A stretch of DNA of 64,000 nt, taken from assembly GCF_009914755.1 (NCBI RefSeq), contig NC_060927.1. One strand, given 5' to 3'. Each line of letters starts with the position of its first letter. Position 1 is the first letter of the stretch. Made by a program: the position numbers and the translations under genes. The notes below the pieces were generated by a model. It searched no databases. It saw nothing but the letters and a program-made list of their open reading frames with translations, and had not been told where the DNA came from. This document shows positions 13,786 to 30,733 of this stretch, piece after piece. The stretch comes from the human T2T-CHM13v2.0 reference genome, Homo sapiens.

Positions 13786-13888
13786 GTAGGGAGCAAAGAG
13801 CCCCGGGCGTGAAGTTCTGAGTCTTCTCTATCACCCAGGAAAGGGGGGGAGGGTTTCTGACGGGCTCTCATCATCGTCCCTTCCCCAG

Positions 13889-14029
13889 AGACCTTCAGTG
13901 CCATCCTGACTCTAGAAGGCCCCCCACAGCAGGGCGTAGGGGGCATCACCCTGCTCACTCTCAGTGACACAGAGGACTCCTTGCATTTTTTGCTGCTCTT
14001 CCGAGGGCTGCTGGAACCCAGGAGTGGGG
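13889..14029 (+). CDS. CHRD: Chordin exon 8 (CHRD domain 2)
   Basis: cccag|AG...G|gtaagt; ETFSAILT; 141 nt. Confidence 0.97.
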
Positions 14030-14110
14030 GTAAGTGGGATGGGGGCAAAACACGTGAGAAGGTTAGGGAGAGCACCTGTCTCAGAAAGGCCCACATGTGC
14101 GGCCTTGCAG

Positions 14111-14193
14111 GACTAACCCAGGTTCCCTTGAGGCTCCAGATTCTACACCAGGGGCAGCTACTGCGAGAACTTCAGGCCAATGTCTCAGCCCAG
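14111..14193 (+). CDS. CHRD: Chordin exon 9
   Basis: tgcag|GA...CAG|gtgagt; 83 nt. Confidence 0.97.
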
Positions 14194-14270
14194 GTGAGTG
14201 GGGATCTGGCTCTCGCTGCCACCTGTCTTGGCCTCTTGCTATTGCCCATCACACCCTGCTCTGTCCCCAG

Positions 14271-14418
14271 GAACCAGGCTTTGCTGAGGTGCTGCCCAAC
14301 CTGACAGTCCAGGAGATGGACTGGCTGGTGCTGGGGGAGCTGCAGATGGCCCTGGAGTGGGCAGGCAGGCCAGGGCTGCGCATCAGTGGACACATTGCTG
14401 CCAGGAAGAGCTGCGACG
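14271..14418 (+). CDS. CHRD: Chordin exon 10
   Basis: cccag|GAA...G|gtgagg; 148 nt. Confidence 0.97.
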
Positions 14419-14567
14419 GTGAGGCGGGTGGGGGGGCCTGGTGCGCCGGGCATGCACAACTGAGAGACACAGACAAGTGCCAGGGTGGGTGTGGGAGAGA
14501 TCCTGTGGACTGGGGGTGTAAGCGGCCATGGGGTAAACCTAGCCTCACCTGTCTTGCCCCTCCGTAG

Positions 14568-14674
14568 TCCTGCAAAGTGTCCTTTGTGGGGCTGATGCCC
14601 TGATCCCAGTCCAGACGGGTGCTGCCGGCTCAGCCAGCCTCACGCTGCTAGGAAATGGCTCCCTGATCTATCAG
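14568..14674 (+). CDS. CHRD: Chordin exon 11 (CHRD domain 3)
   Basis: cgtag|TC...CAG|gtaaga; 107 nt. Confidence 0.97.
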
Positions 14675-14778
14675 GTAAGAGCCAGGGGCTGCAGAAGGTG
14701 GGGGAGGGGTGGCGTGGGCAGCAGGCCCCAGGCCTTTACTGCCTCTCCACTTTGCCCTCCTCCATCCCTGCCCATCAG

Positions 14779-14898
14779 GTGCAAGTGGTAGGGACAAGCA
14801 GTGAGGTGGTGGCCATGACACTGGAGACCAAGCCTCAGCGGAGGGATCAGCGCACTGTCCTGTGCCACATGGCTGGACTCCAGCCAGGAGGACACACG
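14779..14898 (+). CDS. CHRD: Chordin exon 12
   Basis: atcag|GTG...ACG|gtgagg; 120 nt. Confidence 0.97.
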
Positions 14899-14902
14899 GT
14901 GA

Positions 14903-15331
<429 letters not shown>

Positions 15332-15479
15332 TGATTTGACATTTTTAGTGAGCCCCAGACTAGGGACTAGAGTACAAAGCAAATCATATGTGGCCCCTGT
15401 GCTTAGCAAGCTCACAGTCAAATGGGAGCATTGGACCTGGAGAACAGTGCCACAGGCCACATATTAGTAAATGTAATGG

Positions 15480-15670
15480 CAATGGTTGCTACTTATAGGG
15501 CCTTTCCATGTGCTAGGTGCTGCATTGGTGGCCTTACATAGTTTTTGGCTTTCACAGTATCCATTTGAGAGATGAGGAAGTGAAGACTTGGAGAAGTTAA
15601 GTTACTCTTGAAGGTTGTTACATAGCTAGGAAGCAGCAGGGGAGGGCCTTGAAACTGGGCCTGCCAGGTC
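15480..15670 (-). mobile_element. MIR
   Basis: gatgaggaagtgaagact...gaagttaagttact core. Confidence 0.7.
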
Positions 15671-15793
15671 CTTATCCTGTGTTTCTGGTGTGTGGAAGTG
15701 TGTGTGGGTGGAGTGGGGGCACAAAATGGTCCAAGACTTCAGAACCTTGGACTCGTGTGAGAGCTGAGAAGGCCTATCCTCCCCTGCCCCCAG

Positions 15794-15950
15794 GCCGTGG
15801 GTATCTGCCCTGGGCTGGGTGCCCGAGGGGCTCATATGCTGCTGCAGAATGAGCTCTTCCTGAACGTGGGCACCAAGGACTTCCCAGACGGAGAGCTTCG
15901 GGGGCACGTGGCTGCCCTGCCCTACTGTGGGCATAGCGCCCGCCATGACA
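15794..15950 (+). CDS. CHRD: Chordin exon 13
   Basis: cccag|GCC...A|gtgagt; GELRG motif; 157 nt. Confidence 0.97.
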
Positions 15951-16132
15951 GTGAGTGTCCTTAGGGGTCTGTCTGCCCTTTGGTTTCCTAGAACATTTGA
16001 GGGATGGTGGCAGACAGCCGGAGCCTGGTGTGTCTTTCTTTGTGCCTAAGCTCCGGTTGCCATCTGAAGGTGGGGACATATAGGGTGGCCCTGCTGGCGG
16101 ACTCTTCCTGTTGCTGAGGTTCAAGGGTCTAA

Positions 16133-16504
<372 letters not shown>

Positions 16505-16642
16505 TGATGGTAGGCGGCAGCTTGGAACATTTCTGTTTTTTAGCTTGAAGGGCTGTGTGGGCCTGTGTTGGGGAAAGCAGAGAGCAGGCAGCCTGGTATA
16601 GAAGAGCTGGCATAAATAAAATAAATTAAACAGTGATTTGTA

Positions 16643-17006
<364 letters not shown>

Positions 17007-17139
17007 TTATTATTCATTCTCCTTTCTAAGTCTTTTTTTGGTGGGGTGTCTTGGATAGTATGTAATATCCTGGACCTCAGGGGGGTAGGTGGGATGGACT
17101 AAGCCCTTCAAGTGGGGTGAGTTCTCATGGACTTGGTCA

Positions 17140-17250
17140 GAGAGACCTGGCTTCCAAGCTCCACACTATTGCCAATGGGCTTTGCTACCATGAAGACTTT
17201 ATTTAACCTCCCTGGCTCTCAGTTTCTTCATCTGTGAACTGGGGACAGTA
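17140..17250 (+). mobile_element. MIR fragment
   Basis: atttaacctc...ctcagtttcttcatctgtgaa. Confidence 0.7.
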
Positions 17251-17301
17251 GGCTCAGCCCTAAAGTGCCTTATTCCTATCCATTGTCCTGTCTATGTGCA
17301 G

Positions 17302-17415
17302 GCCCAGGGTGTGGTGAAGGACCTGGAGCCGGAACTGCTGCGGCACCTGGCAAAAGGCATGGCCTCCCTGATGATCACCACCAAGGGTAGCCCCAGAGGG
17401 GAGCTCCGAGGGCAG
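17302..17415 (+). CDS. CHRD: Chordin exon 15
   Basis: tgcag|GCC...CAG|gtaggt; GELRGQ; 114 nt. Confidence 0.97.
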
Positions 17416-17747
17416 GTAGGTGGCGAGTGTGGGCAGTGGGGGCAGTGGGGAGGGTGCAGAGTTGGAGGGGCACTGTGTGCCATTGCACTAGTCACTTGCT
17501 GTCTCTGAGTCCTGGGGATGGTCGTATCACAGCGCCCCCCCGGCTGGTGGGGAGGATGAGCTACATGAGGAGGCTGGCAGCCCGGCACCCTATCCCTGGC
17601 AGCTGAGATGATTGTGGAGCGAATGGCATCCTCCTGGGCCACTGCAGCGCTCAGGGGGCCGAGGTGTCTCCTGCTGGCTGGCCAGCTGCCGCTGGTAAAG
17701 ACGCGAGGGGGAGCCCCAGCGCTGCCTCAGTTGGCCTCTCCTCCCAG

Positions 17748-18011
17748 GTGCACATAGCCAACCAATGTGAGGTTGGCGGACTGCGCCTGGAGGCGGCCGG
17801 GGCCGAGGGGGTGCGGGCGCTGGGGGCTCCGGATACAGCCTCTGCTGCGCCGCCTGTGGTGCCTGGTCTCCCGGCCCTAGCGCCCGCCAAACCTGGTGGT
17901 CCTGGGCGGCCCCGAGACCCCAACACATGCTTCTTCGAGGGGCAGCAGCGCCCCCACGGGGCTCGCTGGGCGCCCAACTACGACCCGCTCTGCTCACTCT
18001 GCACCTGCCAG
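17748..18011 (+). CDS. CHRD: Chordin exon 16 (CR2 first half)
   Basis: cccag|GTG...CAG|gtagga; [14 protein letters not shown]; 264 nt. Confidence 0.97.
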
Positions 18012-18100
18012 GTAGGAGGTCCTGGAAGGGCACACTGGGTCCTGGGATCTGGAGCAAGGGGCCTGGACACTCCCGTCAATGCCTCTGCTCCTCTCTGCAG

Positions 18101-18194
18101 AGACGAACGGTGATCTGTGACCCGGTGGTGTGCCCACCGCCCAGCTGCCCACACCCGGTGCAGGCTCCCGACCAGTGCTGCCCTGTTTGCCCTG
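18101..18194 (+). CDS. CHRD: Chordin exon 17 (CR2 second half)
   Basis: tgcag|AGA...G|gtgagt; CCPVCP; 94 nt. Confidence 0.97.
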
Positions 18195-18306
18195 GTGAGT
18201 TCCCCGCAGGGGAGTGGAGGGAGGAGTTGGCCCAGTGCGGACAGGTCCTTTGGGGAGGGAATGAGGGTGGTCACTCTCTGCTTTCACCATTTCTTTGGCT
18301 CCACAG

Positions 18307-18363
18307 AGAAACAAGATGTCAGAGACTTGCCAGGGCTGCCAAGGAGCCGGGACCCAGGAGAGG
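18307..18363 (+). CDS. CHRD: Chordin exon 18 (linker)
   Basis: cacag|AG...G|gtgagc; 57 nt. Confidence 0.95.
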
Positions 18364-18484
18364 GTGAGCTGGAAGGGTGCGTGCAGGGTGGGAGGCCCCA
18401 GAGGAGCCATTAGGTTGAACCAGGAGGGGGACAAGAAGGGGAGAGTATATAGGGGGTGGCCTGAGGGGCACAGATTCCAAGTGA

Positions 18485-18823
<339 letters not shown>

Positions 18824-18914
18824 TGAGGAGGGCTCAAGAATCAAAACGATATGAGAAAAGGCCCTTGCGCTCTGAGAGTCGGCTTCCTGTGGGAAAATGA
18901 ACAGGGCTGACCTG

Positions 18915-19040
18915 GGTGTGGATTCTGGCTCTGCCAGCTAACTAGTGCCAGTGACCCTAGGCACCTTCTGTCCCTGAGCCTCACTTTCCTCTCCTGTAAG
19001 CAGATATGATGGCACCTACCTTGCAGGGTTCTGATGAGGA
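18915..19040 (+). mobile_element. MIR fragment
   Basis: ctggctctgcca...ctgagcctcactttcctc. Confidence 0.7.
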
Positions 19041-19159
19041 GCTGAGTTTAGGTCTATAAAGCCAGTCCGGGCCTCTGAGTAAAAGGCCACAGAGAGACTG
19101 CATTTGAGGTGTGGAATAGGAGAGGGAGTGGGCAGGAGGCTTATGTGCCCCCTGCCTGA

Positions 19160-19303
<144 letters not shown>

Positions 19304-19482
19304 TGAGCACTGAGGCCTCACCTTTGGGTTGAGGCAGGCTTTGTCCTGGGTGAGGGGAAGGGTGCTCAGTTAATTGAGCATTATACTGAGCACTGCTCTG
19401 TGCCTAGCCTGGAGCCAGGACTCTAAATGCAGTGGAAAGAATGTGATATACTAGTGGGGTATGATGGGTTCTGGTTCCTGCT

Positions 19483-19510
19483 CCATCCATCCGTCCATCC
19501 ATCCATCCAT

Positions 19511-19542
<32 letters not shown>

Positions 19543-19712
19543 TCATCTATCTATCCACCCATACAACCATCCACCCATTGATGCATCCATCCATGCATCC
19601 ATCCATCCCTCCATCCATCCACCCATCCACCCATTGATGCATCCATCCATCCATCCATCCATCCATCCGTCCGTCCCTTCATCCATCCATTCATCTGCCC
19701 ACCCACCCATCC
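19483..19712 (+). repeat. (CCAT)n imperfect microsatellite, CHRD intron 20
   Basis: Direct reading. Confidence 0.97.
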
Positions 19713-19777
19713 AAATTTATCACCTACTAAGTGCCAGAAACTGCAACGTGCTGGGTATTCAAAGAGAATACTCATAA

Positions 19778-20005
<228 letters not shown>

Positions 20006-20132
20006 TGAGGTGGGTACTGGGAGCCTGGTCTGGAGTAGGGAGACCTTCCCAGGGAGGTCCCTGAAGAAGCTGAAGGTCACTGTGTCCCAGTGCCTCTGGG
20101 GGACACTCAGTGTCTGCTCTGTCTTGTACCAG

Positions 20133-20235
20133 GCAGGGGTGCCTCACTGTGAGCGGGATGACTGTTCACTGCCACTGTCCTGTGGCTCGGGGAAGGAGAG
20201 TCGATGCTGTTCCCGCTGCACGGCCCACCGGCGGC
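20133..20235 (+). CDS. CHRD: Chordin exon 22 (CR4 second half)
   Basis: accag|GCA...C|gtaagt; CCSRC; 103 nt. Confidence 0.97.
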
Positions 20236-20606
20236 GTAAGTGAGGGAGTCCAGGGTCAGCAGCTGTGAGTGGAGGGCTCACCTGCCTGTGGGACTCCTGA
20301 TCAGGGAAGGGAGCACTCACTGTGTGCAGGAACAGTGCAGCCTGCCTCACAAGTGCCATTCCAATCCACCCTCACAGCAACCTGGTGGAATTGTTATTTA
20401 TGACCTTTTCTTTACAAATGAGATTTCTGAAGCTCAGAGAAATTAAGCAACGAGATGAAGGTCACCCAGCTGTGTGCACTGACCTGTTTAGAAAATACTG
20501 GCCTTTCTGGGACCAAGGCAGGGATGCTTTGCCCTGCCCTCTATGCCTCTCTGTGCCTCTCCACTCCCTCTCCCCTCCTCCAACATTCCCTCCCTTCTGT
20601 CTCCAG

Positions 20607-20662
20607 CAGCCCCAGAGACCAGAACTGATCCAGAGCTGGAGAAAGAAGCCGAAGGCTCTTAG
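20607..20662 (+). CDS. CHRD: Chordin exon 23 coding part (PAPETRTDPELEKEAEGS*)
   Basis: ctccag|CAG NAGNAG acceptor; TAG 20660-20662; total CDS 2868 nt = 955 aa. Confidence 0.97.
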
Positions 20663-21046
20663 GGAGCAGCCAGAGGGCCAAGTGACCAAGAGGATGGGGC
20701 CTGAGCTGGGGAAGGGGTGGCATCGAGGACCTTCTTGCATTCTCCTGTGGGAAGCCCAGTGCCTTTGCTCCTCTGTCCTGCCTCTACTCCCACCCCCACT
20801 ACCTCTGGGAACCACAGCTCCACAAGGGGGAGAGGCAGCTGGGCCAGACCGAGGTCACAGCCACTCCAAGTCCTGCCCTGCCACCCTCGGCCTCTGTCCT
20901 GGAAGCCCCACCCCTTTCCTCCTGTACATAATGTCACTGGCTTGTTGGGATTTTTAATTTATCTTCACTCAGCACCAAGGGCCCCCGACACTCCACTCCT
21001 GCTGCCCCTGAGCTGAGCAGAGTCATTATTGGAGAGTTTTGTATTT

Positions 21047-21052
21047 ATTAAA
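21047..21052 (+). terminator. CHRD polyadenylation signal ATTAAA
   Basis: Preceded by TGTA and followed by T/GT-rich sequence. Confidence 0.85.
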
Positions 21053-21359
21053 ACATTTCTTTTTCAGTCTTTGGGCATGAGGTTGGCTCTTTGTGGCCAG
21101 GAACCTGAGTGGGGCCTGGTGGAGAAGGGGCAGAGAGTAGGAGGTGAGAGAGAGGAGCTCTGACACTTGGGGAGCTGAAAGAGACCTGGAGAGGCAGAGG
21201 ATAGCGTGGCAGTTGGCTGGCATGCCTGGGTTCCGCAGAGGGGCTGGGGATGGTTCTTGAGATGGTCTAGAGACTCAAGAATTTAGGGAAGTAGAAGCAG
21301 GATTTTGACTCAAGTTTAGTTTCCCACATCGCTGGCCTGTTTGCTGACTTCATGTTTGA

Positions 21360-21668
<309 letters not shown>

Positions 21669-22059
21669 TGAGGCAAACACTTTTCTGTTTTTTTCCTGGA
21701 AACTCGTGTTCTGGACCAGTTCTGGGGCAAACTGGGGTCAGAGTGGATTGGAATCAGCTCTGATCCAGCTTTTGGCTGTGCTTACCTTGAGACCAAATCA
21801 TGTAGAGAATAAGACAAGACCCTCCTGCCCTGTTACCCTCTTCTCTCTCCCCTCCCTCATTCCTACCATCAAGACCCAGGCATTTTGACAAGCTCTAGGA
21901 AATGAGGGTATCAGAACAGAAATCTAACAAATGTATGTAGCTGCAGATCCATCTTTCATATAAACAATGTGGAGTCAAATGAATCTGGGATTTTATGATC
22001 TGGTAGGGCAGGGGAAAGGGAAATCATAGCTTGCTTATGGAGTGTTAGGCATGCTGTAT

Positions 22060-22245
22060 GTGGTTAAGAAGTTATTGTCTTAGCCCATTGAAGCATCGAG
22101 TTCCAGTTCTGCTGTTAACTAGCTGAGTTATTTAACTTTCACAAACCCCCATTTCCCTTTTATAAAACACATGATATCCCCCTCACAGGATTCAATCAGA
22201 ACACGTGCATTACACAAGCTCAGGGCCTGGCACGTATTCGCTGCA
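22060..22245 (+). mobile_element. MIR
   Basis: gtggttaaga...ttatttaactt...gcctggcacgta. Confidence 0.6.
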
Positions 22246-23516
22246 AAAGGCACTCTCCCCGAGGTGGGATTTGTGGGGCTGGTTTGGAATGAAGGCAGGG
22301 AGAATCGCAGGGAGGAGAGTGGCCATGGGCTTCACTTGCGTTTGGCAACTGATATGCTGCTGAATGCTTAGGGGAGAGGAGGGGCTGGACTGAGGATTCA
22401 GGGATGATGAGGATGGGGATAACCACTTGGGCCAGAGCCCTGGCTGTTAATAGGAGGATCGTGAGGGCCAGATAGGGGTGAAAAAGCAGCAGTATTCAGC
22501 ACGGGGTTAAGTGTGGGAGTGAGGCACCAGTTGTGGTATGATGGAGATTTGGCCCAGAAATGGTGTGCTGACAGTGTTGTCCTCCTTGGTGTGGAACTTT
22601 GGTGGGAAGAAGGGTTGGAAAGGGAAATTTTGATCCTTGGATTTAACCCGAGTTTGTTACTGATGCTCACAAGACTAGGGGAAGGAATAAGGCAGGTGAG
22701 TCACTCTAGGATGGCTCAGTGAGCTCCACAGAGCTGGAACCACAGGCACCAGGAGGGATTCAGAGCAGGCCTCAGTGCACGTCAGCTGAGTGAACCAATG
22801 AGCAGGTGATGGGTCCAGGCAGAGCCCTGTCCTCTTTAGGCAAAAACCCTTGAAACACCGTTCCCATCCTAGCCTGTGTTCCAACCAAAGCTGGCCAGTC
22901 TCCAGGCCCTGCCTGAGCCCCAGGGAAGTGGTATGGTGAAACAGAAGGGCCAGCCCTGTCCAGTGTGTGAGGAACTTCATTTCAGACTTGTTGGAAGCCC
23001 TGATGTTCAGAGACCTCAATAATATCATTCATTTTTCCCATCCATTCAATGCCCATTCAATGCCCATCCATTCAATGCCCCATCCATTCCCCTTCAGGCA
23101 ACTGCACATTGGTCAGAGAGCCCTTTCCCTTTCCAAAAAACCAAACCAAACCAAAAACCCTGCAAAAATGCAGCAAAATCCAAGCAGAGGACCATTTTCC
23201 TGGGTTTAGTATTTCTGTGTCTCAAAACAGTTACCTGTAGTATTTAAAATTTGATCTCTCACCCTGGGGTCAGTCAGGCCTTTTACATGGCAGAGGGTTT
23301 GACTCAACCACTGAGCTTCTCCAGCAAAACAGACAGAAGGGAATACATACCTGCTTGGCTGAAGAAATGGGGTGGTTTTGATACAACATTTTTTGAAGAG
23401 AAAACTCCTTCATGTGCAGTAATCCACTTTGCCAAGTTCTCCTTGTGCGACTACCTCTTAGGCATTCCCTAGTGATACTCTGCCCACTTTTAATATACCA
23501 AATCCAGATTGTGCTA

Positions 23517-25173
<1,657 letters not shown>

Positions 25174-25596
25174 TCATCATGTAATAAAATTAAGGCAGAG
25201 AAAGATTTCTCTGGGCATGCTGAAAGAGACACAGTTTCACTTGTCAAATATTAGGTAGTCACATATGATGTGTGATGAAAAAAGCCTGTGTGTATGGAAT
25301 GCCTACATAGAGGGTATTATGGAATGCTGGAAATACATTGTTAGGGATGACAAAAGGGGAGGACTTATTAGAGATTGTGGAATGACTGTGCTGCTCTGAG
25401 AATGGAGCTTACAACATTGTTTGGCTTTGATACGTTTTCATGTACAAAGGGAGCTGCCAGAATTATTTTTGCTCTTCATAAAACTAAATCATTGTTAACA
25501 ATTATGGTAATATACAAATATGTGAGAAGGAAAGAAAAATCCACCTGTTATTCCAACTCCTGGATAGCCAACCACTCTTAAAACAAAATTACTGAT

Positions 25597-25890
25597 GGCT
25601 GGGTGCGGTGGCTCACGCCTGTAATACTAGCACTTTGCAGGGCTGAGGCAGGTGGATCACCTGAGGTCAGGAGTTCGACACCAGCCTGGCCATCATGGTG
25701 AAACCCCATCTCTACTAAAAATACAAAAATTACCCGGGTGTGGTGGTTTGCGCCTGTAATCCCAGCTACTTAGGAGGCTGGGATAGGAGAATCAGTTGAA
25801 CACTGGAGGCAGAAGTTGCAGTGAGCCGAGATCGCGCCATTGCAGCCTTGGGGACAGAGCGAGACTCCATCTCAAAAAAAAAAAAAAAAA
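25597..25890 (+). mobile_element. AluS
   Basis: Dimer with polyA. Confidence 0.95.
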
Positions 25891-26348
25891 TTCACTCAGT
25901 ATTTTTCTAAGTGTTAGTCAGTGAAAACTTCATTACCCAGCTTTGGCCCCGCTCCCACTCCCACGCCAGGTTCTACCCCTACAGTGCCTTCTGCAGCGCC
26001 TTGATCCTCACCTGTGAAGTGGCTGTGATGTCCCAGCATAGGGTATTTGTGCGACAGCTTCAGGAGCAGGAGTGCACTTCTTTCTGCAGAAATAAGGAAA
26101 GCTCTGGAGTGCGTTTAAGGGAAATCTGACCTTTGCATTGAAAATGGCCAGGGAGGTACACAAACAAAAAGTTTGAAAAAAATCTTCCCTAGCTTAGAGA
26201 ATCGGGCAAATTTTCTGCAAACTGGCTAGAGCTCCCCCAGGGGAATCCATGCTTCTCAGCTGATGGGTGTTGAGCAGGCCTGGAGGTTGTCCTCTCCTCA
26301 CGTGAGCAGCAGAGATTGGCCAGGGCCCCAGCCATTTCTTGGGAGGAG

Positions 26349-26845
26349 TCATTCACAGTTTTTTCTTGTCCACCTGCCTTGGCTGGGCTGGCTCAGCCTC
26401 TTTTGGAGCCTCCATTTTTGGAGTTCGTCATGCTCCACTGAGGTGCCAGGCCTACTGTGGGGACAGAGACTCCTCACTCTCTCATTTGGGCAGTGGGACA
26501 AGCAGGGGGCACAGATAGAGGCAGCCGATGCCAGTGCAAGGGTTGCTGCCTGACAGGCATTGAACTGGATACTTCTCCATGCAGGGGCAGAAGGGCTGCT
26601 GTTGAGGTCTTGGGAAGACAACTCGGTCAAGTACATGTGCTTCCGGCCCAGCAGCTGGCGGGTCTCATGAGCCTGCCTGGCAAAGAGGCCTGTGAGACTG
26701 GAGCAGGTGGCCATGGCTGTGACCTTCCACACTTATGGTAAGAACACCCTGGAGATCACAGGCAAGGCTGGTTGGTGCTGCTGGTCTTCCTGGTGGCCCG
26801 GCAGCTTTTAACATGGTGGCCTGGGTCCCTGACCAGCCCCCGACT
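26349..26845 (-). pseudogene. Unidentified decayed coding sequence (frameshifts and nonsense codon)
   Basis: Acceptor, then gccaccATG, then a frame with 56 of 71 codons ending in G/C, an internal TAA and frameshifts. Confidence 0.5.
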
Positions 26846-27037
26846 CTGAGGGAAGGTGGGGAAGAGGGAGGGAAGCCAGGGGCTTTCTCCCCAACACTAA
26901 TATAAAAAAAGGAAAGGACTTGTCCTTTAGGGAGAAAAAAAGAACGGAAAAAAAAACCCCCAAGAATTTGTCCTTCAAAACCCGAACCTTTTGTGGTCTT
27001 TTCTGCCTTCTATAGGGGTAGCAGTGGAGACATATTC

Positions 27038-27358
27038 TTTTTTTTTTTTTTTTTTGTTTGAGACAGAGTTTCACTCCTGTTGCCCAGGCTGGAGTGCAAT
27101 GTTACCAATTTCTTGCATATAAGAAAAAAACCTTTTAAGAATGGGGATGTCTAAGATCCAAGTTTAAGTTGTTTGCATTGTTGTGATACAGACCAGTGTT
27201 TTTCTTTTTCTTTGTATTATTTTTATTTTTGAAATAGAGATGGGGAGTCTCACTATGTTGCCCAGGCTAGTCTTGAATTCCTAGTGTCAAGTGATCCTCC
27301 CAACTCAGCCTCCTAAAAATGCTGGGATTTCAGGCGTGAGCCACTGCACACATGGCCT
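27038..27358 (-). mobile_element. Alu 3' fragment (27038-27100) and FLAM-type monomer (27205-27358)
   Basis: Alu consensus fragments. Confidence 0.85.
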
Positions 27359-27361
27359 AGA

Positions 27362-27530
27362 CCAGTGCTTTTCAAGCATTCATGCACATGTGAATCATTT
27401 GGGAGTCTTGTTGAAATGCAGATGCTGATCAGAAGGTCTGGGGTGAGGCCTGGGATGCTGCCTTGCCGACAAGCTGCCAGGTAATGCTGCTGCTGTTGGT
27501 GCAGGAACACATTACGAGTAACAAGGCTGT
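27362..27530. mobile_element. MER5A-type hAT-Charlie DNA transposon
   Basis: cagtg.ttttcaa...gaatca...cttgttgaaatgcagat...aggtctggggtgaggcctg. Confidence 0.8.
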
Positions 27531-27589
27531 GGACGGCCCATCACCTGACATTTTTAGCAAAATCCGCCATACTACAAAGCTTCATGTAA

Positions 27590-28140
<551 letters not shown>

Positions 28141-28152
28141 ATTGCAATTTTA

Positions 28153-28521
<369 letters not shown>

Positions 28522-29317
28522 TTATTTATTTATTTATTTATTTTTGTCTTTGCTTTTTTCTGGTTGCAATTTTAAAAGGGGTAGTCAGAGAATGCCCCAG
28601 TGAGGTGACATGGAAATAAAGCCATGGGGATATATAATACTTTTTAAAAATTCGTGAACGTGACTAAGTTCCTTGTCAGGAGAAATGAAGGGAAGAGACC
28701 TGCCATAATGGTGAGATTCATGTGAAATCAATAGGTTGGTAAATATCACAGTAGGAGAGGACCCTAAGAAAATGAGTCCCTTGGGATATTGGGGTGAGAA
28801 CTGGATCTCTACAAAAATAGAGGATAAAGTCTTGATTCAATTATATTTAAATCTCAAAGGACTTAGTGTTTCATCTAACATTTAAATGATATGCTATGTG
28901 AAGATGAAATATGACCAGAGTGAGCATAAAACAATAGCTACTACCTGGTACAATGAGGTCACATCCATTCATGGGTCAGTTATGCTTGCACAAGTTTGCT
29001 TACAAGATGCAACCCACCCAGGCATTTGCCAGTCTGGAAAAGGGGAAGAAGGAAGGGGGATCTACTCACGACTAGGAAGGGACCCTATCCTAAAATCTCC
29101 ACTCAAGAAGAGTTGCAATTTAAGCACATATCTTGTGGTCGGAAACGTGAGAGGCCAAAATGCCACATGAAGCATAAATTGGTTTCCAGGTTGGCAGACA
29201 AGGGAGGCTGGAGTGTGAAAATCTCACTGAATGCCTCCTAAAGAAGCACTGGGCCAGAAAACATAAAGAATCTCCTGGAAGCTCTGAGGCAAGGGGTGAA
29301 TTTGAAAGAAGGGGAAC

Positions 29318-29833
<516 letters not shown>

Positions 29834-29996
29834 CTAAACCAGATTTACAATACTTTCAGGAACCCACCACCCATCCCTTTGGCAAAAACATTCCTGCACC
29901 TGCTGGCTGATGCCTGAAATTCCTTCAGTAGAAGTTTTTTCATCTCAAACTGGAAGATGAGAATTTTAAAATGCTAATGACTGGTTAAGATATTAG

Positions 29997-30733
<737 letters not shown>

